Assembly: GCA_964016885.1 (NCBI GenBank) | Contig: OZ024755.1 | Span: 44,392,001 to 44,456,000, forward strand | Source of the DNA: Eledone cirrhosa | Taxonomy: Eukaryota | Length of the DNA stretch: 64,000 bases | Reading direction: 5' to 3' | Shown here: positions 61,701 to 64,000 of the stretch, one piece after another | Layout of the letters: every line of letters begins with the position of its first letter | Numbering within the stretch: position 1 is the first letter of the stretch | The notes under the pieces: generated by a model | The model's database searches: none | What the model saw: only the letters and a program-made list of their open reading frames with translations | What the model was told of the DNA's origin: nothing | Position numbers and translations under genes: made by a program

Positions 61701-64000
61701 CACAGTTGACAGTACCAACGTATACTGTGTACGACAGTTGACAGTACCAACGTATACTGTGCACCACAGTTGACAGTACCAACATATACTGTGTACCACA
61801 GTTGACAATACCAACATATACTGTGTACCACAGTTGACAATACCAACACATATAGTGTACCAGAGTTGACAATACCAACACATATAGTGTACCACAGTTG
61901 ACAGTACCAACGTATACTGTGTACCACAGTTGCCAATGCCAACATATACTGTGTACCACAGTTGAGAGGACCAACATGTACCGTGTACCACAATTGACAG
62001 TACCAACGTATACTGTGTACCACAGTTGACAGTACCAACGTATACTGTTTACCACAGTTGACAATACCAACATATACTGTGTACCTCAGTTGACAGTACC
62101 CACATATACTGTGTACCACAGTTGACAGTTCCAACATATAAGGTGTACCACTGTTGATACTACCGACATATACTGTGTAGCACAGTTGACAGTACTAACA
62201 TATACTGTGTACCACAGTTGAGAGTACCACCATATACTGGGTACCACTGTTGACAGTACCAACATATACTGTGTACCACAGTTGACAGTACCAACATATA
62301 CTGTGTACCATAGTTGACAGTACCAACATATCCTGTGTACCTCAGTTGTCAGTACCAACATATACTGTATACCACAGTTGACAGTACCAACATATACTGT
62401 GTACCTCTGTTGACAGTACCAACATATACCGTGTACCACAGTTGACAGTACCAACATATACTGTGTACCACAGCTGACACTACCAACATATACTTGTACC
62501 TCAATTGACAGTACTACCATATATTGTGTACCACCGTTGACAATACCAACGTATACTGTGTACCACAGTTGACAGTACCAACGTATACTGTGCACCACAG
62601 TTGACAGTACCAACATATACTGTGTACCACAGTTGACAATACCAACATATACTGTGTACCACAGTTGACAATACCAACACATATAGTGTACCACAGTTGA
62701 CAGTACCAACGTATACTGTGTACCACAGTTGCCAATGCCAACATATACTGTGTACCACAGTTGAGAGTACCAACATGTAACGTGTACCACAGTTGACACT
62801 ACCAACGTATACTGTGTACCACAGTTGACAATACCAACATATACTGTGTACCACAGTTGACAGTACCCACATATACTGTGTACCACAGTTGAAAGTACCA
62901 ACGTATACTGTGTACCACAGTTGACAACACCAACATATACTGTGTACCACAGTTGACAGTACCAACATATACTGTATACCACAGTTGACAGTACCAACAT
63001 ATACTGTGTACCACAGTTGACAGTACCAACATATACTGTGTACCACAGTTGACAGTACCAACATATACTGTATACCACAGTTGACAGTACCAACATATAC
63101 TGTGTACCACTGTTGACAGTACCAACATATACCGTGTACCACAGTTGACAGTACCAACATATACTGTGTACCACAGCTGACACTACCAACATATACTTGT
63201 ACCTCAGTTGACAGTATTACCATATATTGTGTACCACCGTTGACAATACCAACGTATACTGTGTACCACAGTTGACAGTACCAACGTATACTGTGCACCA
63301 CAGTTGACAGTACCAAAATATACTGTGTACCACAGTTGACAATACCAACATATACTGTGTACCACAGTTGACAATACCAACACATATAGTGTACCACAGT
63401 TGACAGTACCAACGTATACTGTGTACCACAGTTGCCAATGCCAACATATACTGTGTACCACAGTTGAGAGTACCAACATATACTGTGTACCACAGTTGAC
63501 AGTACCAACATATACTGTGTACCACAGTTGACAGTACCAACATATACTGTGTACCACAGTTGACAGTACCAATGTATACTGTGTACCACAGTTGACAGTA
63601 CCAACATATACTGTGTACCACAGTTGACAGTACCAACATATACTGTGTACCATAGTTGACATTACCAACGTATATTGTGTTCCACAGTTGACAGTACCAA
63701 CATGTACTGTGTACCATAGTTGACAGTACCAACGTATACTGTGTACCACAGTTGACAGTACCAACGTATACTGTGTACCACAGTTGACAGTACCAACATA
63801 TAATGTGTACCACAGTTGACAGTATCATCATATACTGTGTACCACAGCTGACACTACCAACATATACTTGTACCTCAGTTGACAGTATTACCATATATTG
63901 TGTACCACCGTTGACAATACCAACGTATACTGTGTACCACAGTTGACAGTACCAACGTATACTGTGCACCACAGTTGACAGTACCAAAATATACTGTGTA
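58750..64000 (+). repeat. More diverged mosaic part of the array, with a local 704-bp-offset duplication and a fourth relative of the 19.7-23 kb block
   Basis: Many private variants (GTTAAGAG ~60104, TGAATGTACCAGAG ~60171, GTCCCAAC ~60208, GAGGACC ~61966). ORF offsets 59952/60656=704 and 62501/63204=703. Confidence 0.7.

Larger units (their letters stand above)
1..64000 (+). repeat. 32-bp tandem satellite array, ~2,000 monomers, consensus GTACCACAGTTGACAGTACCAACATATACTGT; runs off both window ends
   Basis: The monomer is readable on every line in a single orientation. Most copies differ from consensus by 0-3 substitutions, and only ~55-60 monomers by my count are not 32 bp. Each consensus monomer has two GTAC (RsaI) sites and one GTTGAC (HincII) site. 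Confidence 0.99.

Noticed and set aside
331-63987. Hundreds of minus-strand ORFs (up to 857 aa) as Cys/Trp/Tyr/Val-rich repeat proteins
   Set aside because: All three frames overlap and encode the same periodic peptide because the 32-bp unit lacks stops. There is no unique N- or C-terminus or recognisable domain, and stops and frameshifts are freely duplicated.
1-64000. CRISPR array (32-bp unit with a small hairpin)
   Set aside because: Repeats are directly adjacent with no unique spacers, leader or cas genes.
1-64000. Telomeric repeat or G-quadruplex array
   Set aside because: The consensus has no G-run longer than two on either strand and no TTAGGG-like unit. Variants are inherited in multi-kb blocks, which fits recombinational amplification rather than telomerase templating.
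1-64000. Diversity-generating cassette system or information-encoding variant code
   Set aside because: Variant order is explained by nested duplication. No reverse transcriptase, recombinase, target gene or expression site is present.
1-64000. Assignment to a named satellite family, species or centromere
   Set aside because: I do not recognise the monomer, saw no CENP-B box, and cannot run a database search. There is no flanking unique sequence.

Overview
The whole 64-kb window is one uninterrupted head-to-tail satellite array of about 2,000 copies of a 32-bp monomer, consensus GTACCACAGTTGACAGTACCAACATATACTGT (perfect copies at 97-128 and 129-160; 13/32 GC). I see no supportable genes, RNA genes, CRISPR spacers, transposon insertions or inversions. 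The many minus-strand ORFs are an artefact: the reverse-complement monomer has no stop codon in any frame. The informative structure is in the variant monomers, which reveal nested higher-order repeats (HORs) and duplications, all in monomer register: a 4,733-bp 148-mer (x3), a 1,798-bp 56-mer spacer, an 11,483-bp 359-mer duplication, a 703-bp 22-mer, and a 7,928-bp 248-mer built as 59+71+59+59 monomers. Other signals are domain-specific variants, an apparent single-monomer gene conversion, CpG-centred polymorphism, a per-monomer inverted repeat and a more diverged right end. It is most likely eukaryotic heterochromatic satellite DNA, but host and function cannot be determined from the sequence. 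I find no evidence of a novel coding system. Periods come from ORF-track offsets checked against manually counted indels; block boundaries are approximate.
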